DNA of 51,311 bases from Gemmatimonadales bacterium (GCA_044866195.1 JBIOTT010000050.1:1-51311), one strand, 5' to 3'. Positions 1 to 8,864 are shown, numbered from the stretch's first letter. Made by a program: numbers and translations. The notes: generated by a model from the letters alone, not told the origin.

Positions 1-2775
1 CCCGACGGTATGGTGGTGGAAACCGAGTCCCCCGCGGCGATCGCAAGCCGGCGCGGGGTTCTCGATTTCCTGCTGGAGCGTTATCCCGGCGAGCACCTGG
101 CCAACGGCGGCCGCGCCAATCCCCGAAACGAGTTCGAGCAGCTGGTCGTGCGCTACGACGTGCCCGTGCGGCCCCACCGCGAGCTTCCGCTCCGGAGCGG
201 CGACGAGCGCCCCGGCGACGTCATGATCCAGCACGACATGAGCCTCTGCATCCTCTGCACCCGGTGCGTCCGCGCTTGCGAGGACATCCAGGAGGTAGGG
301 GTGCTCGACGTCGCCCAGCGGGGGGCGACCACCCAGATCATCGTGGGCGGCGATGGCGACCCCGACCACGCGGGCTGCACCTGGTGCGGTGAGTGCGTCC
401 GGGTGTGCCCCACGGGCGCCATCTTCGAGTTCATCCCCAAGCAGCGGTTCGGGTCCGACGCCGTTCGCGAGCCCGACAAAGTCGCCCGCTCGGTATGCCC
501 CTACTGCGGCGTCGGCTGCCAGATCAACCTCCACGTCAAAGACGAGCATATCCTCCGGGTTACGTCGCCCTGGATCGAGGAGAACACCCCGAACCAGGGC
601 TCCACCTGCGTGAAGGGGCGCTTCGGCTACGACTTCCCCCAGCACCGAGACCGCCTGACCCGGCCGCTCATCCGGAAGGGTTGGGTCCATGAGGACGGCA
701 CTTGGGCGTGGCGAGGCGAGTGGCCCCGCTACCGCGAGGGGCCCTGGAGCACGGTGGAGGAAGCTGGCGAGCGCGAGAAGCCGCGGCCGCCCCACCGAAG
801 CGTGGGCAAGCCGCCGCAGACCGGTCTTCCGGTGCTGAGCGAGTACGATGTGCGCGATCGGGTCGCTACCCCGGCGGGTTGGTACAGCGCGTTCCGCGAA
901 GCGACCTGGGAAGAGGCGATGAGTCTCGTCGCCCAGGAGCTCCAACGGATCAAGCGGGAGCACGGACCCGACGCACTCGCCGCCCTCTCGTCCGCCAAGT
1001 GCACCAACGAGGACAACTACGTCTTCATGCGGATGGTCCGGGCCGCCTTCGGCACCAACAACGTCGACCATTGCACTCGCCTCTGCCACTCCTCCTCGGT
1101 TGCGGCCATGGGGCGGGCCCTCAACACCGGCGCCGCCTCCGGTTCCATGCGCGAGATCGAGGAGGCGTGCGACGTCATCTTGATCGCGGGAGCCAACACC
1201 ACCGAGACCCACCCGGTGTTCGGCGCCTTGATCAAGCGGGCCGTCTCCAAGGGCGCCAGGCTGATCGTGGCGGACGTCCGCCGCACCGAGCTCGCCGAGT
1301 TGGCCGACATTCATCTCCAGATGCTGCCGGGCACCGACGTCGTGCTCTATAACGCGATGCTGCACCACGTGATCGCGGCCGGCCTGGTGAACGAGCAGTT
1401 CGTCGCCAAGCGAACCAAGGAGTTCGAAAAGGTACGGGCAGCGGTGGAGCGGTACACACCGGAGATGGCGGCCAAGATCACCGCCATCCCGGCAGCCACC
1501 ATTCGGCGCGCCGCCGAGCTCTACGCCCGGGGCCCCAATACCTCGACTCTGTGGGCCATGGGGCTCACCCAGCACAACACCGGCACTGACATCGTCGCGA
1601 GCCTGCTCAACCTGATGCTGGCGTGCGGCATGATCGGCCGCTGGGGCGCCGCGATGATCCCTATCCGGGGCCAGAACAACGTGCAGGGCGCCAGCGACAT
1701 GGGCGCGATCCCGTTTGCCTACACCGACTACCGCTCGGTCTCCGATCCGGCGGTGCGGGCCGAGTTCGCCAAGGCCTGGGGCGTGCCCGAGGAGTCCCTC
1801 TCGCTTAAGCCGGGTCTCATGGTGACCCAGATCGTGCAGGACGACAGCCCGGTTCGCGGGATGTTCATCATGGGCGAGAACCCGGTCATTTCGGACCCGA
1901 ACATCTCTCACGCCGAGGAGTGGGTCCGCCGGCTCGAGTTCCTGGCCGTGCACGACCTTTTCCTTACTGAGACTGCGCGCTGGGCCGACGTCATCCTCCC
2001 AGGCTCTTCGTTCGCCGAGAAGGGCGGCACGGTGGTCAACACCGACCGCCACATCCAACTCATGCAGCCGGCGGTGCCGCCTCCCGGCGAGGCGCGCCGC
2101 GATCTCGACATCCTGATCGATCTGAGCCGGCGGCTTGGCCTCGAGACCAAGTTCAACACGCCCAAGGAAGTGATGCGGGAGATCGCGTCGGTGACCCCAT
2201 CCTGGCGGGGCGTGAGCTACGAGAAGCTCTACCGTATCGGAGCCCTGCAGTACCCGGTGCCCGACGAGGAGTCCACCGGAACCGCGTTCTTGTTCGCGGA
2301 TGGATTCCCCACCCCTGACGGGCGGGCCATCTTCGTGCCGGTCGAATACCTGCCCCCAGACGAGCTCCCCAACGAGGAGTTCCCGTTTGTGCTCAACACC
2401 GGCCGCCAGATGTACCACTGGCACACCGGCACCATGACCCGCCGCTCCACCGGCCTGGATTCACGCGAGCCGGTGCCGGTCGTCGAGATCAATCCTGAAG
2501 ACGCCCGCGAGCTTGACGTGCAGGAAGGCGACACGCTGCGGGTCACCTCGCGCCGGGGGTCGATCCTCATCGGGGCCCGGCTCTCGGAGCGGCAGGCCCG
2601 CGGCCAGATCTTCATCCCCATGCACTTCCGGGAAGCGGCCGCCAACCTGCTCACCAATCCGCAGCTCGATCCCTACGCCCGGATCGCCGCCTTCAAGGTG
2701 GCCGCCGTCCGGGTGGAGCCGGTGCGGGAGCAAGAGGAGCGCGTCGCCGAGGAGCACTTGCCGGCGCTCGCGTAG
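1..2775 (+). CDS. Molybdopterin-dependent formate dehydrogenase alpha subunit (FdhA/FdsA-like), 5'-truncated by the window edge
   Basis: The frame is open from nt 1. It has NuoG-like Fe-S cysteine clusters (CILCTRCVRAC, CTWCGECVRVCPTGA, CPYCGVGCQ). MopB motifs follow (KGRFGYDF, SSAKCTNEDNYV, HCTRLCHSSSV). The C-terminal molybdopterin dinucleotide-binding part reads FVLNTGRQMYHWHTGTMT...IFIPMHF. The active-site position is Cys (tgc 1084-1086), not TGA. Confidence 0.85.
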   Translation, partial: PDGMVVETESPAAIASRRGVLDFLLERYPGEHLANGGRANPRNEFEQLVVRYDVPVRPHRELPLRSGDERPGDVMIQHDMSLCILCTRCVRACEDIQEVGVLDVAQRGATTQIIVGGDGDPDHAGCTWCGECVRVCPTGAIFEFIPKQRFGSDAVREPDKVARSVCPYCGVGCQINLHVKDEHILRVTSPWIEENTPNQGSTCVKGRFGYDFPQHRDRLTRPLIRKGWVHEDGTWAWRGEWPRYREGPWSTVEEAGEREKPRPPHRSVGKPPQTGLPVLSEYDVRDRVATPAGWYSAFREATWEEAMSLVAQELQRIKREHGPDALAALSSAKCTNEDNYVFMRMVRAAFGTNNVDHCTRLCHSSSVAAMGRALNTGAASGSMREIEEACDVILIAGANTTETHPVFGALIKRAVSKGARLIVADVRRTELAELADIHLQMLPGTDVVLYNAMLHHVIAAGLVNEQFVAKRTKEFEKVRAAVERYTPEMAAKITAIPAATIRRAAELYARGPNTSTLWAMGLTQHNTGTDIVASLLNLMLACGMIGRWGAAMIPIRGQNNVQGASDMGAIPFAYTDYRSVSDPAVRAEFAKAWGVPEESLSLKPGLMVTQIVQDDSPVRGMFIMGENPVISDPNISHAEEWVRRLEFLAVHDLFLTETARWADVILPGSSFAEKGGTVVNTDRHIQLMQPAVPPPGEARRDLDILIDLSRRLGLETKFNTPKEVMREIASVTPSWRGVSYEKLYRIGALQYPVPDEESTGTAFLFADGFPTPDGRAIFVPVEYLPPDELPNEEFPFVLNTGRQMYHWHTGTMTRRSTGLDSREPVPVVEINPEDARELDVQEGDTLRVTSRRGSILIGARLSERQARGQIFIPMHFREAAANLLTNPQLDPYARIAAFKVAAVRVEPVREQEERVAEEHLPALA

Positions 2776-2777
2776 GC

Positions 2778-2999
2778 GAGGGGCGGGAGCGGGCGGGAGC
2801 AGACGGGAGCAGGGTGGACAGTCGGGTGACGCCCGCGCTGGGTGGCCCGAGAGGCGCGTCAGCTCCCGCCACAGCACGAGAAGCCGGCTCGGCGAAAGCT
2901 GCGGGAGGTGCAGCGCCCGAAGGGCCGCCCGGTGCGGGCGTCACCCGGCTGTCCACCCCGTCCGCCCGCTCCCGTCCGCTCCCGCCCGCTCCCGCCCTC
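2778..2999. repeat. ~220-bp imperfect palindrome whose arms carry tandem GGGCGGGAGC-type decamers
   Basis: The left arm (2778-2880) aligns by eye to the reverse complement of the right arm (2895-2999). An example is gtcgggtgacgcccgc against gcgggcgtcacccggc. Decamers run gggcgggagc gggcgggagc agacgggagc on the left, mirrored as gctcccgtccgctcccgcccgctcccgcc on the right. The element fills the whole FDH-tdh intergenic gap. Confidence 0.7.
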
Positions 3000-3017
3000 A
3001 ACCATATTCCCCCCTGC

Positions 3018-4058
3018 ATGCGCGCTCTCGTCAAAGATTCCGCAGGCCCCGGCATGACCTTGCGGGACGTCCCGCGCCCCGTCTGCGGACCGAGCGACGT
3101 GCTCATCCAAGTCCGCCATGCCGGCGTTTGCGGCACTGACCTCCACATCTGGGAATGGAACAGCTGGGCCAGCGGCCGGATGCGGCTGCCGGTGGTGGTC
3201 GGGCATGAGTTCGCCGGCCAGATCGCTGCCCTCGGCGCCGAAGCCCGCAGCAGCGGACTGCTCGAAGTCGGCGATCTGGTGACGGCCGAGGGCCACCTGG
3301 TTTGTGGCCACTGCCTCCAGTGCCGCACCGGGAACGCCCACCTCTGCCAGCGCACTCAAGTCATCGGCGTCGATCGTGACGGCGCCTTCGCCGAATACAT
3401 CGCGATGCCGGTCTCCAACGTGATGCGCCTGGACGGCATTCCCACCGAGATCGGCGCGATCATGGACCCGCTGGGCAACGCGGTCCATACGGTGCTCGAA
3501 GGAGAGGTCGCCGGCAGCACGGTACTGGTGATCGGCTGCGGCCCGATCGGCTGCTTCGGCGTGGGAGTGGCGCGGGCAGCGGGCGCCTCGCTGGTCCTGG
3601 CAAGCGACTACAATCCGCGCCGGCTCGACATCGCTCGCTGCATGGGGGCCCACGTCCTCCTGAATCCCGCCGAAGACGACGTAGTGGCACGCGCCCGCGA
3701 GCTTACCCAGGGCGACGGGGTAGATCTGGTATGCGAGATGAGCGGCCATCCCGTGGGACACGCGCAGGCCTTCGCCGCAGCCCGCCTCGGCGGGCGGGTG
3801 AATCTGCTGGGCACCCCCAGCCGGCCGACCGAAGTGCACTTTGCCCGCGACGTCATCTTCAAAGGGTTGACACTCTACGGCGTAACCGGCCGGAAGATGT
3901 ACGGCACCTGGGACCAGATGCGGCGATTCCTTCGCACCGGCCAGCTCGACCCTCGCCCGGTGCTCACCCACCGCGTCCCCCTGGAGCGGATCGCCGACGC
4001 CATCCAGGTCATCAAGGAAGGTGTGGCCGGCAAGGTGATCCTGGAGATCGGCGAATGA
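3018..4058 (+). CDS. tdh: L-threonine 3-dehydrogenase (zinc-dependent MDR family)
   Basis: The product starts MRALVKDSAGPGMTLRDVP and contains GVCGTDLHIWEWNSWA, GHEFAG and the structural-zinc Cys cluster CGHCLQCRTGNAHLC. The Rossmann motif is VIGCGPIG. ATG at 3018 is chosen over the upstream in-frame extension, which runs through the palindrome. The stop overlaps the kbl start (ATGA). Confidence 0.92.
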   Translation: MRALVKDSAGPGMTLRDVPRPVCGPSDVLIQVRHAGVCGTDLHIWEWNSWASGRMRLPVVVGHEFAGQIAALGAEARSSGLLEVGDLVTAEGHLVCGHCLQCRTGNAHLCQRTQVIGVDRDGAFAEYIAMPVSNVMRLDGIPTEIGAIMDPLGNAVHTVLEGEVAGSTVLVIGCGPIGCFGVGVARAAGASLVLASDYNPRRLDIARCMGAHVLLNPAEDDVVARARELTQGDGVDLVCEMSGHPVGHAQAFAAARLGGRVNLLGTPSRPTEVHFARDVIFKGLTLYGVTGRKMYGTWDQMRRFLRTGQLDPRPVLTHRVPLERIADAIQVIKEGVAGKVILEIGE

Positions 4059-5269
4059 GCCGTTCGCTCGAATCGAGCGCCCTGGAGCAGCGGCTCGGGG
4101 CCGAGCTGGAAGAGTTTCGCCGGACCGGCGTCTACAAGCACCTCAACTACCTGGAAGGCCCGCAGGGTCCGGTGGTCCGAATGGAGGGCCGGGGCGAGGT
4201 CATCATTCTCTCGTCCAACAATTACCTCGGCCTGAGCGCGCAGCCCGAGGTGGTGGCCGCCGGCAAGGCAGCGCTCGATCGGTTCGGCGCCGGCACCTCG
4301 TCGGTCCGCTTCATCTGCGGCACCTTCACGATCCACCACGCACTGGAGCAGGCCTGCGCCCGCTTGGTGGGCACCGAAGCCTCGCTCAGCTTCGTGAGCT
4401 GCTGGAACGCCAACGAAGCTGTCCCCGGCACGCTGCTGGGTGAAGACGATCTGGTGCTGAGCGATCAGCTCAATCATGCCTCCATCATCGACGGCATTCG
4501 CCTCGCGAAGGCGATCACCAAGTGCCAGACCGGGGTGTTCGGCCACGGCGATCTCGCCGATCTGGCAGATAAATTGAGCGCCGCCCGCGACCGCCGGGTT
4601 CGTATGGTGATCACGGACGGGGTATTCTCGATGGAAGGCGCGATCGCCAAGCTGCCCGACCTGGTGGAGCTCTGTCGCCGCCATGCGGCGGTGCTCGTGG
4701 TCGACGACTCCCACGCGACCGGCGTGCTGGGTGCCACCGGCCGCGGCACCGCGGAGCACTTCGGCCTGCTGGGCGAGATCGACATCATCACCTCGACCCT
4801 CGGAAAGGCCTTGGGCGGAGCAGCCGGCGGATTCGTCGCCGGCTCCGCCGCCGTCTGCGATTACCTCACCCAACGGGCCCGGCCGCAGCTCTTCTCCAAC
4901 GCCCTTCCGCCCACGGTCGCGGCCAGCGCGCTCGCGGCGGTGGAATACCTGGAAGCCCACCCCGAGCGGGTAGTCGCGCTGCGCGACAATGCCCGGTATT
5001 TCCGGGAGCAACTCGCGGCGCTCGGCTTCAAGCCGCTCCCGGGAGAGACCCCCATCGTGCCGGTGATTGTGGGAGAGACCGCCTTTGCCATCCGGCTGAG
5101 CGAGGAGCTGCTGGAGGAGGGTGTGTTCGTGACCGGGTTCGGCTTCCCCGTCGTCCCGCAAGGGCAGGCTCGGGTCCGTTGTCAGCTTTCTGCGGCCCAC
5201 ACCAGAGACCACCTGGACCGCGCCTTGGCTGCGTTCCAGAAGGTAGGACGGCGCCTCCGCTTGATCTGA
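4055..5269 (+). CDS. kbl: 2-amino-3-ketobutyrate CoA ligase (glycine C-acetyltransferase), PLP-dependent
   Basis: The ATG at 4055 overlaps the tdh TGA. Motifs seen are SNNYLGL, DQLNHASIIDG, VDDSHATG and the PLP-lysine context TSTLGKALGG. The tdh-kbl pairing is the classical arrangement. Confidence 0.92.
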   Translation: MSRSLESSALEQRLGAELEEFRRTGVYKHLNYLEGPQGPVVRMEGRGEVIILSSNNYLGLSAQPEVVAAGKAALDRFGAGTSSVRFICGTFTIHHALEQACARLVGTEASLSFVSCWNANEAVPGTLLGEDDLVLSDQLNHASIIDGIRLAKAITKCQTGVFGHGDLADLADKLSAARDRRVRMVITDGVFSMEGAIAKLPDLVELCRRHAAVLVVDDSHATGVLGATGRGTAEHFGLLGEIDIITSTLGKALGGAAGGFVAGSAAVCDYLTQRARPQLFSNALPPTVAASALAAVEYLEAHPERVVALRDNARYFREQLAALGFKPLPGETPIVPVIVGETAFAIRLSEELLEEGVFVTGFGFPVVPQGQARVRCQLSAAHTRDHLDRALAAFQKVGRRLRLI

Positions 5270-5484
5270 CCGATCGAGGAGGCCCAGTCTTTGCACTCGC
5301 CGGGGTGCAAGTTTGGTCGCGAGGCCGCGGCGGTGATCAGCGGCCAACTTCGCAAGCGATTACAAAACAACAACTTGGCGAGCGCAATCCGGACGCGGGG
5401 CGACCCCCCTCCGAATGGCACTCCACCGGAACTCACGCAATTTTCCGGTCCGCAGTCGGTCGTCCTATCCAGGGAGGCAGTCTG

Positions 5485-6171
5485 ATGAGCAAGCTCACCC
5501 GCAGCATCACCGTCGTAGCGCTGGCGCTCGGCTTCGGCGCGGCGCGCCTGGCGGCGCAAGCCCCCGTCCAGGGCGACTTCCAGTGGTACGTCGGTGGCCA
5601 GGCTGGTGTGCTGGTCTTTCGGACGCCGGCCCAGACCCGAGGCGGAATGTTCACGGCGGGCGGACACACGCTCATCACCGCGCGCCGCACCGCGCTCCTG
5701 CTGTCGGTGGACGAGGGCGTCGGGGAGAACGAGCAGAGCGCCTACTTCGACAATACCGGCACTACCCAAACGGTCCAGTTCAACGACATTCGCAAGTACT
5801 CCGCCGTGATCACGGCGTTCCCCATCCGGTCTGCGGCCCAGCCTTACCTCGGGCTCGGGGTCGGCATCGTCCACGCCGTGAACCCGCAGCCGACCGGGAC
5901 GACGTTTGCCACGCCGGCCGCGCTCGCCCAGGCGCAGCAGGATGCGCGGGACCTCGGCAGTACTGGGTTTGCGACGCTGGTGGGAGGCCTGCAGTTCAAG
6001 GTTGGCCGGCTGGTGGCCTTTGGCCAGTACCAGCTCACGACGGCGCAGGGCGACAAGACGCTCGCCAGCGGCGCCACGGGCCGCCTGCTGGTCGGCTCGA
6101 CCCACACGTTCAGCGGGGGCCTGCGGGTCAGCCTGGGGAGTGCTCGCGAGCAGCCCCGCGCCTCGTACTGA
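5485..6171 (+). CDS. Secreted beta-barrel-type outer-membrane protein (family not assigned)
   Basis: An AGGGAGG box lies 8 nt upstream of the ATG at 5485. The signal peptide is MSKLTRSITVVALALGFGAARLAAQA. The rest shows alternating hydrophobic/Gly-rich strands (YLGLGVGIV, FATLVGGLQFKV, LVAFGQYQL, THTFSGGLRVSLG). Confidence 0.5.
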   Translation: MSKLTRSITVVALALGFGAARLAAQAPVQGDFQWYVGGQAGVLVFRTPAQTRGGMFTAGGHTLITARRTALLLSVDEGVGENEQSAYFDNTGTTQTVQFNDIRKYSAVITAFPIRSAAQPYLGLGVGIVHAVNPQPTGTTFATPAALAQAQQDARDLGSTGFATLVGGLQFKVGRLVAFGQYQLTTAQGDKTLASGATGRLLVGSTHTFSGGLRVSLGSAREQPRASY

Positions 6172-6772
6172 GCGCCGGCCGCGACACCCAGCGTGACCCC
6201 GCGGCGGTAAACCGCAGCGGCCAGTCGGCCGCCTTGGTGATACCGATTCGCGGGGTCACCTCCACCGCTCTGGCCCAACCGTCCCGGGCCAGCACCACGA
6301 CGGGCGATGCCTCCATCATCCGGCCATCCAGGCCGGGTCTGGTGATGCCGAGCGCCTGACACAGGCGGCCGGGACCGGCGCACAATAACTCGAGCCCCTC
6401 GGTCCGGCGCCGCGCCCGCATCACCCCGACACCCTCCAGCGGTTCTATCGCCCGCAACAACACGGCGCTCCCGGACCCCTCGGCCTGGCAGACCAGGTTC
6501 GCGCACCAGTGCATCCCATAGGACCGATAGACGTACCAGCTCCCGGGCGGCCCATAGAGGGCCTGGTTCTGCGCGTGCCGCCGGTGCCGATATCCGTGCG
6601 ATGCCGGGTCATCGTAGCCCAGGTAGGCCTCGGTCTCGACGATTCGCCCGATGGCGGGCCGGCCGTCGACGATCGAGACGATCAGCGCGCCGACCAGATC
6701 GCGCGCCACCACGTCGGCTCCGCGCGCGAAAAAGCCAACGGGCAGCGTCGCTGCCCGTCGTTGATCGTTCAT
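6128..6772 (-). CDS. mpg: DNA-3-methyladenine glycosylase (Mpg/AAG family)
   Basis: Motifs match the MPG family: GRIVETEAYLG, DPASHGYR, YGPPGSWYVYRSYGMHWCANLV, VLLRAIEP. The ATG overlaps the stop of the upstream NYN gene (ATGA at 6769-6772). Confidence 0.8.
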   Translation of the reverse strand: MNDQRRAATLPVGFFARGADVVARDLVGALIVSIVDGRPAIGRIVETEAYLGYDDPASHGYRHRRHAQNQALYGPPGSWYVYRSYGMHWCANLVCQAEGSGSAVLLRAIEPLEGVGVMRARRRTEGLELLCAGPGRLCQALGITRPGLDGRMMEASPVVVLARDGWARAVEVTPRIGITKAADWPLRFTAAGSRWVSRPALSTRRGAAREHSPG

Positions 6773-8349
6773 TCCGGTTTCTTCCTGGCTCGGGGTCGCG
6801 ACGGGCGGCGCCGGCGAGGTGGCGAGGGACTCTGGGGCGGCGCCTCGGTCGGTGCTTCGGCCGCTGGCTCGGGCGGAGCCTGCGAGCTCGCGTCGGGTTC
6901 AGCGGCCGCGGTCGGGCGCTTCCGCCCCCGGCCGCGAGACCGGGCTGGCTTGGCCGGTGCCTCGGGGACGGGCTCGGGGGCAACGGCCTCCTCTTGCACC
7001 ACGCCGATGAGCGGGATCTCTGCGACCCGCATTCCACCCCGCGAGCCGCGCCGGAACCTGAGGCCCGGGCGTTGGCCGTTCGCAGCCGCAGCCTCGGGAG
7101 CGGCCTCGGACGGTGCCTCGTGCGGCGCGGGCTCGGCGGGCTCCGCTGCTGGGACCGCCGGCGGGGTGGTGTCCAGACGATGGGGCGTGATCTCGTATTC
7201 GGTGTCGCTCAACTTCCGGACATCGGCCACCTCGGCGTCGTTCGCCTGGCGCAGCAGCTGTACGAAGCGGTCGGGCTGGAGCAACGGATCTTCGCGGCCC
7301 CGCAGGGCAACCATCCGAAGCCGCAACGCTTCGTGCGATACCGGGGCCTTGAGCTCGCTCAGCGCGCGGCTGATCAGCTGAAAGGCGGCGGCCAGCGTCA
7401 GCGCCCCGTCGCCTCGCACGCTCGCGGTTCGGTCGGCGGGGCCGGGTCTGGTCGGCCCGCCGGCGGGACGGTCGCGGTCCCGCCCGCGGCCGCGTCCGCG
7501 GCCCCGAGACCGGCCCCGCCGCTCGCCCTCCTCGACCGGCTCGCGAAGGCCATTGCGGGAGGGCTCCGCCGCAACCGGCGCAGCCCCCGCCGGGGCGACC
7601 TCGTACTGCCCGTTGTCCATCTTGGTTACCTGTACCACGCCGCGCTGCCCCGCCTCGATCACGAACTTGCTGAACCGGCTGAACCCCGCGTTCTTCTCGT
7701 CGAAATTTGGATCGATTTGCTGCATGACCTGCTTGAGCCGGTCGGATCGCATGACGTCGCCGTTGCGCACCATCTGGGCGACCGCTTCGCGGGCCAGCTC
7801 CCAGGGATCGCGCTGCACCGACGGCGTGTCGACTTCCTTGGTCAGCCCCGCCAGATCGCTGTAGGAGTAGTACTCGTCGCAGTTCTGGATCAGGAGGTCG
7901 CTGGCCGACTCCCGGATTCCCACCCCGATCACGTACTTCCCGTACTCTTTCAGCTTGATCACCATGGTCGAGAAATCGCTGTCCCCCGACATGATGATGA
8001 AGGTACCGATCTCGGGCCGGATGAACACCAGCTCGATCGCGTCGATGGCGAGCCGGATGTCGGTCGCATTTTTCTTGCTGGTGCCGAAGGCGGGGGCGAA
8101 GATCAGGTCGATCGATGATTCGGAGAGCGGGACGATGTACTGCGGATAGCGTCGCCAGTCGGCGTAGGCCCGCTGCACAGCCACCTTCCCCTTGATGATG
8201 TCGCTGTTGAGGAGGGTGCGCAGCTCTTTGGTGAGATCGGATCGGATGCCGAGGGTGACGTTGTCGAAGTCGATCAGCAGCGCCGCGTTGGGGGCGTGCA
8301 CGGACGGGCTCGGCAGATGCCGGCTCGGGCGGTTTAACGGTGAGCTCAC
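6769..8349 (-). CDS. NYN-domain (LabA/DUF88-like) protein with LOTUS/OST-HTH-type domains and Arg/Gly- and Ala/Pro-rich low-complexity regions
   Basis: The N-terminal NYN-type motifs are LLIDFDNV, KNATDIRLAIDA, IIMSGDSDF and VIGVG. A LOTUS-like segment follows (MRSDRLKQVMQQIDPNFDEKNAGFSRFSKFV). Then come an RGRSRGRGRGRGRDRDR tract, a second LOTUS-like segment and a basic Pro-rich tail. The GTG start overlaps the stop of the upstream ORF (GTGA). Confidence 0.75.
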   Translation of the reverse strand: MSSPLNRPSRHLPSPSVHAPNAALLIDFDNVTLGIRSDLTKELRTLLNSDIIKGKVAVQRAYADWRRYPQYIVPLSESSIDLIFAPAFGTSKKNATDIRLAIDAIELVFIRPEIGTFIIMSGDSDFSTMVIKLKEYGKYVIGVGIRESASDLLIQNCDEYYSYSDLAGLTKEVDTPSVQRDPWELAREAVAQMVRNGDVMRSDRLKQVMQQIDPNFDEKNAGFSRFSKFVIEAGQRGVVQVTKMDNGQYEVAPAGAAPVAAEPSRNGLREPVEEGERRGRSRGRGRGRGRDRDRPAGGPTRPGPADRTASVRGDGALTLAAAFQLISRALSELKAPVSHEALRLRMVALRGREDPLLQPDRFVQLLRQANDAEVADVRKLSDTEYEITPHRLDTTPPAVPAAEPAEPAPHEAPSEAAPEAAAANGQRPGLRFRRGSRGGMRVAEIPLIGVVQEEAVAPEPVPEAPAKPARSRGRGRKRPTAAAEPDASSQAPPEPAAEAPTEAPPQSPSPPRRRRPSRPRARKKPE

Positions 8350-8747
8350 GGAGCACTCGGTTCCAGGCCCGCCATCCCGCCGTGCTTCCGTCGCTTCACC
8401 ATGCCGGACCCGGTCGGCGGGAATGCGGCGAAGCAGCGCGCGAGATGGGAGACCTCGTAGTCAACCAGACGTCGTGTCAAAACCAGGCGTTCGCGACCGG
8501 GCCGCGGCCCGTCGCGCCGCATGCGGTGATATGCCCGCTTCAGGCGTTGGCGCCGCTCACCGCGAGCCACACCAACCCGCTTCGGCGCCGCCCGGTGCCC
8601 GGTCGTGACGCCCACCAAGGCGAACGTCGCGTCCGGATGCTGGCCGTCCGACGGGCTTGCGGGCGCCGGCCGGCCGGGTCGCCGCCGCGCGTTGCGCAAT
8701 CCGCCGGGCCGGTCTCGGTCGGCCCGACGCGGCCTCCACCCAGGCAA
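8346..8747 (-). CDS. Hypothetical Arg-rich small protein (uncertain whether real)
   Basis: The only support is the 4-nt GTGA stop/start overlap with the NYN gene and a roughly 75% G/C third-position bias counted by hand. No family was recognised, and the start codon is not resolved. Confidence 0.25.
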   Translation of the reverse strand: MPGWRPRRADRDRPGGLRNARRRPGRPAPASPSDGQHPDATFALVGVTTGHRAAPKRVGVARGERRQRLKRAYHRMRRDGPRPGRERLVLTRRLVDYEVSHLARCFAAFPPTGSGMVKRRKHGGMAGLEPSAP

Positions 8748-8804
8748 TCAGACTGGACACCGGGAGGTCGCGTCGCCCCCAAAGGTAAACGCTGAACCGG
8801 GAAA

Positions 8805-8855
8805 GTGAACGGGGGACCCCAGCGCGGCGGCCCCCCTTTACCGTTTACCGTTCAC
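8805..8855 (-). terminator. Possible intrinsic terminator/stem-loop downstream of the histidine kinase gene
   Basis: gtgaacgg (8805-8812) pairs with ccgttcac (8848-8855) and encloses a G5/C6 inner stem (gggggacccc...ggcccccc). On the minus strand the stem is followed by TTTCCC. It sits 10 nt after the HK stop. Confidence 0.3.
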
Positions 8856-8864
8856 GCCGTCTTC

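Noticed and set aside
1084-1086. Checked whether the formate dehydrogenase uses selenocysteine (in-frame TGA plus a SECIS element).
   Set aside because: The active-site codon in HCTRLCHSSSV is tgc (Cys). The ORF has no internal TGA.
2781-2810. Tandem decamers (gggcgggagc repeated) that could suggest a CRISPR-like or VNTR array.
   Set aside because: The units are only 10 nt, contiguous and without spacers. They are part of the larger palindrome, and no cas genes are present.
2859-5347. Long minus-strand ORFs (2859..3971, 370 aa; 3875..5347, 490 aa) antisense to tdh and kbl.
   Set aside because: Their products are Arg/Ala/Gly/Pro-rich with no recognisable motifs. They fully overlap two genes with strong family signatures. 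Long stop-free antisense frames are expected in ~68% GC DNA.
6601-8356. ORFs 6601..8118 (+, 505 aa) and 6899..8356 (-, 485 aa) overlapping the NYN/LOTUS gene.
   Set aside because: Both are low-complexity Arg/Pro/Gly-rich translations in alternative frames of a gene with clear NYN motifs. They are high-GC artefacts.
8346-8747. Possible RnpA-like (RNase P protein) similarity in KRVGVARGERRQRLKRAYHRMRRD.
   Set aside because: The resemblance is limited to a basic stretch. The genomic context (no rpmH, yidC or dnaA) and the rest of the sequence do not fit. It is left as a hypothetical ORF.
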